Assembly: GCA_000934665.2 (NCBI GenBank)
Contig: KZ538435.1
Span: 1-64,000 of the forward strand
Direction of reading: 5' to 3'
DNA from: Catajapyx aquilonaris
Lineage: Eukaryota
Length of the DNA: 64,000 nucleotides
Positions 50,500-63,927 of the stretch are shown in pieces (position 1 is the first letter of the stretch; each line of letters starts with the position of its first letter). Below the pieces are notes generated by a model. It made no database searches. It had not been told where the DNA came from and was given only the letters and a program-made list of their open reading frames with translations. Made by a program: the position numbers and the translations under genes.

Positions 50500-50848
50500 G
50501 GGAAGATGAAGTGGCGTCGAGGTAACGCGTGCGCCCACGGATATGAAGGTCCCGGGTTCAATCCCCACCCGGGGTCCCCACCTTTATCTGTGCAGAGCTG
50601 GGCCATCTCTGGCTTCATTTCGGGTGGAAATTTCCTAAAGACTAATCCACCCGGGGGAGTTCACAAAATGACCACTCAACGACAGCGCACATGCACTTTG
50701 CACATCCCCTCCTACCTACCCTTGGAGTAAATAATAAGATCTTCTTAACTCGCTCCAAAAAAATCCGAATGGTGGTAATCCCCCCCCCCCCCTAAGGAGT
50801 AGGTAGCTCCCCCCGTGGGGTAATGATAATGATAATTAATAATTAATA
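50500..50848 (+). mobile_element. tRNA-derived SINE, head A + tail type 2
   Basis: GGTTCAATCCC B box; tail ATGGTGGT..C-run..GGAG/CTCC stem..GGGGT plus (TAA)-rich end; perfect 15-bp TSD ATATTAGATTGTGAT at 50485-50499 and 50849-50863. Confidence 0.9.
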
Positions 50849-51170
50849 ATATTAGATTGTGATTATAAAGTATAAGTTATTTCAGGAGTCCCTAAAGTCA
50901 GCCTATTTCCGTGTAATCCCCTGTCTGAAGTTGGCACTCATGGATAAGTCTCACATAAATATAATATTCGCTCTCATGGAAACCACATTTTTCATCCAGA
51001 TGTGCAATGGTGGAAATTAATGGATTAATTTACTTCCACCACTTTGCCAACTGAGTCATGAAAATTCCATACGTGGGATGTCCGTGGATAAAGATCCGAG
51101 TGACTTCTGGGAAACCCCGTATAAATCTTCTATCGTCGACATTACTGCACAACTGCGACATTAACCTATA

Positions 51171-51732
51171 CAGGGTGTTTACGACCTAACTTTACAAACT
51201 TCTAGGGGCGATAGAGGGGACCAAGACAAACATATTTGACCTAGCAACCCGTGTCCGGAAACGCCATCTAGAGGGGGTTCATAGACAAGGAACGGGTGCG
51301 CTCAGACGCGTCACGCGAGAGGCTCTAGGCGAGCGGACTGTTTTGTTGATAGATGGCGCTCGGATAGTAACCAACGATGCGATGTGCCATAACGTGGCAA
51401 CAGCAGAGCCATCTAGCAACTAAAGTCCGCCTCCTAGGAGACGCGCGGATAGTCGACAGCGGTTCTGTTGTTGCCAGGTTATGGCGTATCGCGTTGTTGT
51501 TTACTTACAACGACGCGATACGCCATTACCTGGCAACAACTGCGCGCCATCTATCAACAAAACAGTCCGCTCGACTTGCGCGTCTTGCGTGACGCGTCTG
51601 AGCGCACCCGTTCCTCGTCTATGAACCCCCTCTAGATGGCGTTTCCGGACACGGTTTCCTATGTCAAAAATGTTTGTCTTGGTCCCCTCTATTACCCCTG
51701 GAAGTTTGTAAAGTTAGGTCGTAAACACCCTG
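51171..51732. mobile_element. Tc1/mariner MITE with about 190-bp TIRs and nested internal hairpin
   Basis: TA|CAGGGTGTTTACGACCTAACTTTACAAACTTC ... GAAGTTTGTAAAGTTAGGTCGTAAACACCCTG|TA. Confidence 0.95.
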
Positions 51733-54700
51733 TATAACTACATTCTGAGCAACTACAGTACATGAAATAGTGCATATGCCTGTAGTTCATTCCATATACA
51801 TAAAGACTATCCCATCACTTTCTATTCTGTGTCAGAATTTGCTATCAAGTTTTGACTCTTCTCCATGAATTTTTTTTAATGACTCTCAAAATGACTAACA
51901 TATTTTTAAATACAGAAAGTAGAGCAATAAACTGAAACGCTCAACTTTTCAAGTCTGGGAAACTTCAAGCATGAAAGACTGGCAAACTTAATAAAACACA
52001 ATATTCCAGCTTAACTAATGCGGAAAGCTATCTTCCCAACGCGCAGGATGTAGTTTACTTTGATCCACAATGCACAGAGATGAAGACAGGATGCAAAAAA
52101 GCGGGACAGACGCTGGAAATTGGATGTTGCAACAACTTCAGCCTGCCTGGCAATCGAACTTATGTAACTTTCCCTTAGTACCAACTTGATCTAAACTTGC
52201 CCAAGTTCGAATTACTCCGAATTCTGCATGGATGAAGATGTCCTGGAGATGGTATCTGCCTACATATTATGCAGCGGGGGAACTTGACTGATTTCATGAA
52301 ACTAGATTGTCTTGTTGGAAACTGTACTATTGCAACACATTTCCTCGCTTCACATTCCCCGGCCAACAGTGTTCTGGACTTATTAACGTGGGAGTCTTTG
52401 TTAACATGTATGCTAATCAAGGTCTACTGAAGCCGAAATTGGCATATTAAAGTGCAGTTATTATCACTCTAGATGACTGGTGGCAAATAAGATCACCATA
52501 AGCCTCACTAATCAATGTAGGGCATCATGTGGCAGATATTATTTTTTTAAACACAATGTACTACATTGTGCTCCGTAATAATACAGTGGGTTTGCTATCG
52601 TGAAATGTTCAATATTTTTACAAACCCATCAAGCGTGTGGACTTTCATTTTATGTAAATATTCCTAATAATCTCCTTTTGTTCCTTTATACAAAATTTCT
52701 TCCAAACATGGCAGTTTCTGCCCAATTTTTCTCCTAAATTATTCTCCCTATATTTTATTTACGGTCAGTAGTTTTAAAATTGAAAACGTCTGTGTCGCCA
52801 GTTGCATACATTTTGCTTTCTTGCTCCCCATGGGCTTCCCGCCACAGGTCGTTAGAGCGGGACGACGGCCTTAAAGCAGGACCGACATTGCGCGATACAA
52901 ATAGTTGCTGGTTGATGCCATTAATTTTCTTGCCAAGGACCTTCAACTTGTGTCTCAGGCCACTACATCAGGAAAGCATCACCGTAATTCAATTATTGCC
53001 CTACTTTAGGTCCGACCTCGCAATTAAAGGCTCTATTTTTAGATATAATCAGCAGCTACAATCAAGAGCTTCCTTCTCATCTGTAGGTCAATGTAAAATT
53101 CGCCATCTTCCAACTCACAGCCTTTCTTTAGAGGTCGGATATTTTAAGTAACTTAACATTTTTTTTGTGTCCACAAGCAGTATAAGTGTTAATGTAAAAA
53201 TCATCTCAATATGAGGTTTGTATAAAATGCAGGTACTGTTTTTTTTCTCAGTTTCATGACTATGGGCTTTATATGGGTTCGTATGGCCCGCATAGTGTAG
53301 GCTGCCCATCACCGACCAATAATAGCTGCTGGCCAGCAGAGTTTCAGGTCCAACATCGGAGTTTCGTCAGCAGCACCTGCAATGATGCTTATATCCTTTT
53401 ACTCCCTTTTTTTGTATCCAACATAGAACTATGAGCGTGACACCGTATCTGGCTAGCTATACTGAAGATTTACACCGCCTTTTTTACGAGCAGAGTAACC
53501 ACCATCGACTCTCCATGATAAACAAAGTAAAAATGGGTTAGTTGGCATTTGGTCGTTTAGCTGCGAGCTACAAGAATATACTGTGGCGATGTATCGTGCT
53601 GGGACAAAAATGGTTGGCCTTTTGTGGGGCTGCACAAGTTGAGGGCCGTATAGTACAAAATGATGTGTTTGGCTCTGTTCCCGCTTAACAATTATTTTCA
53701 AAACTTTTGATAGCAAAAGAGAACAAAATAGCAGAAATCCAGAATTGTGTTTTCAAGAGAAGCTTTACAAACAGCCTGAGAAATAAACAATGTAATGCCA
53801 AACATCAAAGACTTTGCATTTTCATGCACGCCCATTAGAATTGTGTATTACATTCATAATTACAAGCACCGGTAGTTGGAATTTTAAAATACTAGCATGT
53901 TGATGTAAGTCGTCTGGTACAAAGAATTGTCACCATAGCTAAAATGTCAGAAACTGTAGTGACCGCTCCGGTACAATAAAGTCAGAGGTGACCTAGTATA
54001 CAGTATAAAGGACTTTTAAAATACGGCCTTTGCCGACCTGTAAAGACTGTTTGCATTTTATTCAGAAGAAATCCACAACACACTGCATTCTAAATTTTCT
54101 CATATGCCTATTTCTGACTATCTGGCAAGGTCGTGTTTTTGTTGTTCCAACATCGCCCCACCGCACCATCAAGTTGTTTTGACCGCTTTCCCAACCTGTT
54201 TAACAATATATTTACACCTCCGTCTGTAGGCTGTTGCCATTATTTTATAAGCATGCTATATTCGCGGAATACCGAAACCCTACGTACATGTGGCATCAGT
54301 CCTGCGTTTACTTCACCCAAAAAGTCGTAACTTACGTCAACATCCAGGCAATGTACGTACCTGTCCCACTGATGCTCAAAATATCAGTACATGTGCAGGT
54401 TCACCTACCATAAAATCACTGCCGTAAGCGATGGATAATAATAATAGCCTACATCCCCAGCACTCGTCTCCACCTCACCATCACTGGAAGATCGGCGTTC
54501 TTTCATACGCATTAGGACAGGTATTTCAGTGTTCTCGGAGAGTATCTTTGAATAAGCCACAATTTCCTTGCTTTCGTTTCACCGCCACCCTCCATCCTGT
54601 ATCCTTGTCGTTCACTCTCATGGTGGTTGGACCCAAAATTGGCGAGTGAGGGTTGGATATTGAATTTTGTCCGGCTCTGGTGTTTCTCTGATATCAATCA

Positions 54701-57700
54701 AATGGTTGATGAGATGAGACCATACAAAAGCCGAATCACTTTATTTTCTCGATATATTTGCAATCGTGTCCTTGATTCACATGGGTGCGTGTACTGTTGA
54801 CTATAGTCGGGTTCATTTGATGCACCATTGTACTGGTAGCGTGCAATCAGCCAATCATCATCATCATCTTTCATTATATGTCAGTTTCATTGCAAAAATG
54901 CATCGAAAATAGGAATCATCTACCATTCTACAATCATGGACGCTTTCTGAAATACGGAAATATTAATGACTTAAACCTCGCAATGCATTATGTTCCTGTA
55001 TTGATAAATACACGTATTACATTGAACCCATTCGCGCGATGCGCTGTCTCTTTGAACACCGTGTGTGCATAATTCTGTGAGATAAGTCTACATCATTTGA
55101 CTTAGCACAGGTACTGTACATGTCTAATACTAGACAATGCACTACACGGAGGTCCAGGGCAGATAAAGGTACATACGAAACTATCAGTAATAATCCAAGG
55201 CAAAGATACAGTAAAACTGAGATTCATCACTTCATTTAGTCCGCGATCCATTGTATCGCATATCCTTTGTAATGATTGTAATCATTTGAGAGGAGTTGTC
55301 CACCGTGGTTTCTGACAGTCAAGGTACCTGTCGTCAGGTGAGAAAAAGCTCCGTTAATGAGTCGCAGCCTCCCCTGCCTGCCATTCACTTCTCATGTCGC
55401 TTGGTTTTAATTAAATCCGGCTTCGCCTTTCATACCGGCATGACTCAGGTAGGGTTGGAGGGAGGGTAAAGCAGGGTGGGTGGGTGGCAGGAGGGAGGGA
55501 GTGCAATAGGGAAAGTGGCTTGTCGTCGAAAATCGGCAGATGATTCGCTGTACTTGGGAAACGAGCATTCCACTGACTATATGGATGGCAAGCGGTTTAG
55601 CGGCCCAAATTTCTCCGTCCGCGGCACTCGAAGCATTCTGTGCTTGCCAAGTTTAGTGAAAGGACTCCTAAACAACAGCTTTTCCAACTCCATGACAGAA
55701 TGGCTTGCGGGAAGACTATTAAAGGTCACTCGGATCTGACGAGAGATTATTAAGTGTCCTCACACCCGGCTAGACCTTTTATTCTAAGTTCCCATCATTT
55801 TATTTTTAGGTTGGACATATTGAAAGCACGACGAGTTATGGGCTATATGACAGAACTATGCCCATACTCTTGTTCATCTCGCACACAATACTTACGATTG
55901 ATTCGCTCGAATGTGCCACTATTGATGCAGTAACATTTAATATCCAATATGAATATGATGAAATTGGTTGAATCCCAATATAGCGGTTAGAATCGGAGTC
56001 ATGGTTATTCGGTATTGCACGTTTTAACAGTGTGTGGTGATAATACTGGCAATTCCATGATCAGGTGCGTGGCCTCGTTTAAACGCGGCGGTACAACAAC
56101 AGTTTTCAAATAATATGTGGACTAGCATGCTGATGATTGGTCAATATTATTTTATTCCACAAACATCGATATGTATGATTCTAATCCGACCCACATTAGC
56201 AGCAGCAACAGAGGACGCCCCTATCACCTGTACATGCGGTACAGTACCGTATTCTGTATACGAAGAAAACATCACTATTTCATATTAATGCACTGTAGGC
56301 TACTTTTGAACTCCAATTTGTCACATAAAATTTTATATTAAACCAGAAAGTTGCTTCAGTCAAAGAGACCAGTTGTGTTATACAGCAAGACTAAAATTCC
56401 CAGTCGCAAAATGCTGTACGAGCTATATAGGCCTGCTTGGACAGTGCATTCATTTATTAGTTAGGACAGACCGACTACGGAGATAAATGTTCACGGGACG
56501 CTCTACACTTCACCTATTTGAAACAGAGGTGGTCTCTTTGTGAAATGTCACATTCCTCATCAATATCATCCAGCTCCCTGCAAAAATATGCTGCCAGAGG
56601 AACAAAACTACACAGAGTTTCCAACACTGCGCAGTACATTATTTTCTTGCACGTTCCCAGCAGGAGATAGCGATCTGTAGTCGAATATTTGTTCTATGGT
56701 TTATAAAATTTTGTTTTATACGTTCGTTATCGTTCACTTGTCGCTACAAACAGCTTAATCTGCAAATACTAGTACTGAAATAATTTTAGACATTTTTAAC
56801 AATACCTGACGCTTTATCGCAGAAAGTGTGAGTAAAAGTAAAGAGACTTGAAGCTCTTTCTTCCAAAAACAAACGCACTTCATTTTCCCACACGCTTGTA
56901 AATGAAAGCAACGCTTCTCATTTAACAACATCCGGCTGCAAGCATCATTTACATTAGGCAAAAACGCCAAATGAACTTCCCACCGGGTGGCAAAACAATC
57001 CTCTCTAGCACCTAATTGGGTTCCCAAAATAATCCAAACCTTTGACTCCAGCAGGATGGGCCCAGTAAACAGACAATCCCGATAAGGAAAATAGGACTGG
57101 GGGGTCCCAGGAGCATATGTATTCTGGATCCGGATGAAAGGAGTTGCCACCTGTGGCATTGGAAGGAAACCTCCATAAATTAGCCTTCCCTCCTACTCAC
57201 CCTACCACCCACCTCTCTGGAGACTCCGACTTTCTTGTCGAGTAGGGAAATTGGGAGCCAGGCCAGGTTTTCTGGCCATGTCAGGCAGGCAGTGTGACGA
57301 CGCTTTCTTCCTGAGCAGGAGGGAATCGGACTTTGCATCCTCCTCCCACCCACGCCTCTTCCTCCCTCTGTCTCTCCAATTTGGGGGCAACCCCACCCCT
57401 TTCACGGATTGTTGCCTAAACGGATTTTGGGAGCAGCCTCATCTGGGCGACTGGAAATAGCGGCGCAACGTCGCCGTCAGGACCGTTTCTGGCATGTCAG
57501 TCGTCAGCACCGACTAAGGAGGAGGGACCACTATGGCGACCATCTTTCTGGGGCATGATCACTCGACCCTAGAGCTACACCATTGGGGCGGAATTCGTTG
57601 CCTAAAACATTGTCTGTGTACAGCCAGACTTTAATATGTGGCTTCAAAGCTCCTTCTCGCAGTAGGCTGAAGCAACTCGTAGGCGTTTTCTAAAACGTTC

Positions 57701-57879
57701 GAACTCCGAGGTAGTTAGGCCTACAAATAATATTTGTAACTACCTCGGAGTTCAAAATGTTTGAGAAAACTACCGGTACTATTAATTATTATTCAGGATA
57801 CAAAAGAGGTTAATTATATAGGGCTACATTTCTCGCATAATACTCCATAGGTTGCAATTATTTTTGTTGGGTCATCTGC

Positions 57880-57881
<2 letters not shown>

Positions 57882-57951
<70 letters not shown>
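57882..57951 (+). repeat. (AT)n microsatellite running into an assembly gap
   Basis: Seen directly. Confidence 0.97.
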
Positions 57952-58091
57952 NNNNNNNNNNNNNNNNNNNNNNNNNNNNNNNNNNNNNNNNNNNNNNNNN
58001 NNNNNNNNNNNNNNNNNNNNNNNNNNNNNNNNNNNNNNNNNNNNNNNNNNNNNNNNNNNNNNNNNNNNNNNNNNNNNNNNNNNNNNNNNNN
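57952..58091. other. Assembly gap (140 N)
   Basis: Run of N. Confidence 1.
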
Positions 58092-58384
58092 GGGGGGGGA
58101 GAGAGTCACGCCGTCATTGTCCTGTCGGACCGTTCTGTACCATACTGCAGACTTGGTGGCGTTTGCGAGGCGGAGCGGGCATAAGTCGTAAAGAGCGGGG
58201 TCACAAGAGCTTAGGTGAATGTAGGAGATTTTGAATGGGCGTGTACAGTATTTGATGAAATTGGTATCACTATTTCCAAAAATCATGAAAAGTGCCAAAA
58301 CTATCCCAATTTTCAGATTAAAATTTAGAAAATATTTCACTTCCCACGGTTTGGGGGGGGGGGGTCCCCTTGGATCCGCCCCTC
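58092..58384. mobile_element. Probable hAT-type element end
   Basis: G-run then GGATCCGCCCCT, resembling the common CAGGGGCGGATCC hAT terminus; the other end is lost in the gap. Confidence 0.45.
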
Positions 58385-58391
58385 AGTGAGA

Positions 58392-58608
58392 GGGCCATAG
58401 CAACTACTTGTATGACTATCTGGCATAAGAGAGGGTGAGAGGAGAAGGAAGGTTTTCGGCGGTGAAAGGCAACGGGAGAACCCTATAAGAAAACCTACAC
58501 GAACACGGACAGATCCTCAAAAGAAAGTATCCTTGCTCGACCTGAGGATCGAACACGGGACCGTAAAGGTGTACAGTACTGTACGTTACCACTACACCTC
58601 TTGGTCCC
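58392..58608 (-). mobile_element. Old tRNA-derived SINE (head E)
   Basis: GGTGTAGTGGT A box, GTGTTCGATCC B box, then a GGTTTTCTTATAGGGTTCTCCCGTT central block. Confidence 0.65.
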
Positions 58609-58642
58609 TTTGACTTTACTTGGTACATTTCCTATTATTGTA

Positions 58643-58742
58643 CTATATCGCCCAAAAAGATAGAGACGATTTTGCATTTGACTCAAGTGCAACTTGCACT
58701 TGAATCAAATGCCAATCGTCTCTATCTTTTTGAGCGATATAG
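58643..58742. mobile_element. 100-bp fully palindromic Tc1-type mini-MITE
   Basis: TA|CTATATCGCCCAAAAAGATAGAGACGAT ... ATCGTCTCTATCTTTTTGAGCGATATAG|TA with a 1-nt centre. Confidence 0.8.
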
Positions 58743-59846
58743 TACTTTCAACCAATTAATGCAGACCAACAATTTAGTTCTGCTATGGACACTGATGTTC
58801 ACAACCTGCTTATGAAACATGAAGTTGATAACAATCTACGGCTATTAACTCCATTTGAACAACGCAAAACTAGATCTTCTTGGAATCCTTGCCTAAGCTT
58901 TCTAAACCTACAACAGATGCAGAGTATTCCTGCAGGAACAACTTAGACAGTTCTACCCCCTTGGCAAGTCCCCGTACTTCAAGCCACATAATTTTCCTTC
59001 TGCCGAAGTTTATCAAACACTGCCACTTGCATCCAGATTCCGCCCTAGGTTCTTTTACAAGGTTTCAATCTGTCTGAGGCCAAACTTCGGCATTTCCAAA
59101 TGAATAACGTTCAGTAAAATATCATGAAAAACAATGTAGGCTACAGTACCCCCAATGTAGATAGTAATTAAAGCATCAGGTGTTTGATGGCTAGGTCTCT
59201 CGTAGAATATTGTGTGCGGAAAGGTCAAAAATATTCTGCTTCCATCCGTTTAGCAAGAAATTTTCCTTCTCAAGTACAATCGACCACAAGAAACAATATT
59301 TCTCCAACGTATACGTTCTCAAACGGAATCAATATATTGTTGACGACGGTAGATTAAAATGTCTTACTGTATAACTGAGACTAGGAAACTGATGTATGGA
59401 AAAACGCAGTTTCGTATGTAGAGTAGCAGGCGTGTAACTTATAGGAGCTGAACCCAATAACTGAAGCTCCGATGGGATCGTTGCGCGTGGTTAGAAGCCA
59501 ACCTTTCCACTGCAATACAATTTATGATTTCCAGTCGTGCACAAGCAGGAGTAAATCACATTAGCGCGTTAAAATTTTCTTTCTGCTGATTTGATCAATA
59601 TCAGCGTTTATATGGTCCCGGATTCCGAATTAGTCTCCGAGCTGCTGAGCAGAATGATTTCAAGCCAATTAGGCAACTGCCACTTTTAGAGTATACGGAA
59701 TTACGTATTTCGGAAGTATGAGCCAGGAAGTCTGTCAATGTCGTTTAATTTTAGTGACTGGACGTTACTGGAACCTACATTTACAATGCAGATAGCTATA
59801 TGCATTACTGCTTACATGTTTAAAAGGATTACAGTACTGGTACCTT

Positions 59847-59986
59847 ACCCCCCCCCCCCAGAAATCCCTACCCTTACCCTATGTCCCTGACTCCTTGCAC
59901 TGCAGAGTGAAGAAAAACTGCACACTAGAAAAGTGATGGCGGTGTGCCCCCCATGTAAGGGCTTAGAGCTCTATCACGGGGTAAAA

Positions 59987-60017
<31 letters not shown>

Positions 60018-60018
60018 A
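59847..60018 (+). mobile_element. 3' portion of a SINE B with tail type 2 and (AAAT)n
   Basis: Matches 7710-7849; TATCACGGGGT followed by (AAAT)n. Confidence 0.85.
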
Positions 60019-60218
60019 GCCCGCCGCGGGCGAAATTTTTGTGTGTTCAAGGTCACACAAACCTAGGTGAATGTAACTGACAATGTACAGCGGAATATTC
60101 CTAAAGCACATCGGCTATAAGCAAGCGCTACAGTAAGCCCTGCACACAACCACTCACATGTGCGTCAGCGCGCGAATTTTCGTTTTCGTTTAAGTTTTGT
60201 GCATTTTTTTCCATAATA

Positions 60219-60774
60219 CAGTAAAACTTCTATAAGTCGAATCTGAAAAAAACTTCGAGATATATAAGATTTGAGTTAGAGAAGTTTGGATTTTTTAAAA
60301 GCACATAACTCTTTATATCCAGCGACGAAAGGTGTTCAAAACTTAAAATAACTGTCACTATCACACTTACAATGTTCCTCGTTGTTTTGGTGTAAAAAAA
60401 ACTATGTTATGGACATTTGCCTACTCTTAGATTCAAGGATTCAATTGTCACAATCGAGTCAAACACTTCTTTCGGTACGTCTGGTAGACGGAGATAAGGA
60501 AATTGAGCCTTTCCGTGCATGTGGCCTACTCTCTACCCTTCGGCTGGGAAATGAGAAAATTTTCCGTACTCGCCAACATGAACTTCGACTTAGGGAGACT
60601 GAAAATGCATTGAAATCCCATCGTAAGGCCCTGCCTGCACTTTGAGTTATGGAGAACTTCGAGTTAGGGAAGTTTATTTCCTATTATTTTCCATTGTGAC
60701 CAACCAAGCCCATCATTTTTTCGACTTATAGATAACTTCGACTTAGGGAAGTTCGACTTATATAAGTTTTACAG
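60219..60774. mobile_element. pogo/Tigger-like MITE
   Basis: TA|CAGTAAAACTTCTATAAGTCGAA ... TTCGACTTATATAAGTTTTACAG|TA; repeated subterminal TTCGA(C/G)TTA motifs. Confidence 0.85.
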
Positions 60775-61889
60775 TACTTACAATTTTTCTACGCGGTGTT
60801 CCATAGATTTCGACCACGTTTGCAGATTCTTCCCTCTTTCCCCCTAAATCTAGGGGGGGGGGGGGCGTTTGAACCCCCACAACCACCCCCCTGCATACGG
60901 CCATGTCCTGGATACGTGTGCTGGGTGGGGGAGGTCAAAAGTGTAAGCGAAAGATTTTGGAAAAAATTTGGACGAAATTAAATTCATAACTATACTGTAC
61001 TCTATCGTATAACCTGAGTATATACCCTGTAGGATCATCCAGACACTGCACATTCCTGGATATTAACTGCACCGTGTCTCAGGGAGGTATAAATTTTGCA
61101 TGGTTAAAAAATAATATTCGGGAGTTCCCAGGAAAATTGACCCTCCTCTACTCCATTTACGACCCTGAAAAATGACATTATAGGTGCTTTATCTTGCCCA
61201 GAAAATCTCGCACCGAGAAAACTATCCACAAGGACGATAATATGGTGCAAAAATGTACTGAGCATTATTTCAATGTGCAAATCTGGTAATAACTGACGAA
61301 ATCATGCACATTTTTCTTCCAAAAGGAGACATACCATGCGTGGATGCAGTCCCACATTGATAGGTAAGTCCTGTCACGACCCAGTGCGACAAAAGCTGTG
61401 ACAGATGGTTCCTTTTGCTTACTTCAGTAGCCTAAATATATATTTCTGCGTTTGGTTAATATTCGAGAGTCTAATTCCGGCGTGAATGAAGTGTGCAGAT
61501 GTTTTTCATAATAAACATTCGTGTTTAAAAAGGTGAAATTGTGGGAAAGTGTACCGCGCAGTAAGTGCCAAGTTAGCTGTCGCTTCTGCACATGTAGCAG
61601 GCATGAATTGTTGGGGGGAGCCTGACCTCCGTGATTAACTGGTGCGCCAGTGAAAGACTAGTCTTCTACCAGAAATGCACGGTAACAACTAGCAGTAATA
61701 GTTCCAGACACCTGTTTACTCTTCAGTCAAGTGTAATCTGTCCATTTCATGGCATAAAAATCTCTAAGCAGTTACTTTGCTGGCATAGACCAATTACCTG
61801 TACTAGTATAGCAGTAAATTATTGATCTGTTGCCTGTGCAATGAAACCTCTCCTCCCTGTCACCCCTACCTCTAATCAGCGTAATACTA

Positions 61890-62166
61890 GGTCTATTCGT
61901 TTATCGGCCAGTGTAGCCCTGGTGTAACACCGGTAACACCAGTGTAAGCACTGCATTCGTTTATTCCACTGCAGGTGGATTATGGGGATTGGCCTAGTTA
62001 GACTGCATTAGTTTATTCCTAGTCCAAGCTAAGACTGGAGAGTGCAAGAGTGGTGTATGTGGTATAAGGGTTTCATACACCAGCTTACATCGTGACGTGT
62101 TACACTATACACTCTGACGTCAGTACACTATCACTTATTCTACACCGGCCGTTAAAGGAACAGACT
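61890..62166. mobile_element. PIF/Harbinger-like MITE
   Basis: About 27-bp imperfect TIRs GGTCTATTCGTTTATCGGCCAGTGTAG / CTACACCGGCCGTTAAAGGAACAGACT; internal GCATT(C/A)GTTTATT repeats. Confidence 0.65.
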
Positions 62167-63063
62167 ATCTGATTTTTGAAATCACCCATGTGCAGGTAGC
62201 CCGCCGGAATGCGACCAGCACAACAATAACGGGCAGGCTATTGACCAGCACAGCGATGCGTCCAATTGACACTATGTAGAACGTCTAAATGACATTTTCA
62301 TTCGTGATTTGTCTGATCCTTCCTTTATCATGCAGGGTGATTAATGGCTGTTTCAGTAGCCTACCTCTGCTTGACCTTTGTTTATTTGGGCGCGAGCTGT
62401 AGACTAGCATTCAACTTTGTCTCTCGTGACCTGAGTCACGTCATGTCTAGAGAAATATTCACCCCCCCCCCCNCCCCCCCCAGAACAATGCGAGTTGCAT
62501 AACTTAACCGTGAGTGATCATATATAGAGAATGAATCAATTAGTAAATGATAAAACTCGCTAGTATCTTTCGTGATGGGATTGAGCATTTCAGTAAGCTA
62601 GTTTCAATGCTATTATTGTACTGGCAAGTTTAATGCATTTTTGATATTGGTGATTGCCGAGAAGCTGATAAGGTTGTATCAAGCAATTATTAAGCAGTTA
62701 CTTTGAACTGTAACTTGGACATTGTTGAAGTTCATTGTTGCCATTGTCATAAGTAATATTGTCTGATTGCAAAAATAATTCATTGAATTTATTACTGCAC
62801 CAGGTTGCCACAGGGTGACTGGTAAGGTCAGGAACAGGAGGCTTATAAATCTCCAAGGTAAGAGTAAATTGCATCGGAAACGTCTTTAGTAAATTCTGAA
62901 TCTGTATTTTGCCATATACCATCACACATGCGACATGCCACACTACGTAGTTCCCATTACACAATGTAATGGCCGGAATGCCACCTTGTCACATGTTCCT
63001 GTGACAAGGTGGACTTGAAGTACGTGGTCCCGAACACTAAGATGTAAGACGCCTGGTATATTA

Positions 63064-63529
<466 letters not shown>

Positions 63530-63533
63530 ATAA

Positions 63534-63927
63534 TGGGTCTGTCACACAGGCGTTCCGTTCGCTCGCCCCGAAAAATGTCGCTGCGATCGCTGTGCCCAAA
63601 CTTGTCAGACATGCGCTGACTCGGTCGTAGGGTTTAGCAGGAGAAGTGAAAGGCGACCTCGCCTCCGGGAACACGTGGGTCATGATGGCAGGGGTGGTTG
63701 GGGTGGGCAGCTGGGGGGAAAAGGTCTCGGCCAATCGGAGCCCGACGAGCCTCTGGAGGTAAACGCAGCGCGGGGCTCTTGTCTCGCTGCGTCACCACCA
63801 ATATCTCCCAATTTCCTCGACCGACGAGACCCCCAGGGCACAGCGGAGCGCAACGCTCGCCTGTGTGACCCATGCGCGCGAAGCGAGCGGGGCGACGAGC
63901 GAACGGAACGCCTGTCTGACAGACCCA
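63534..63927. mobile_element. GC-rich PIF/Harbinger-type MITE
   Basis: 32-bp TIRs TGGGTCTGTCACACAGGCGTTCCGTTCGCTCG and inverse (1 mismatch); flanks TAA and TGA. Confidence 0.85.

Noticed and set aside
57852..58340. ORFs spanning the (AT)n tract and Ns
   Set aside because: Created by the microsatellite and the gap.
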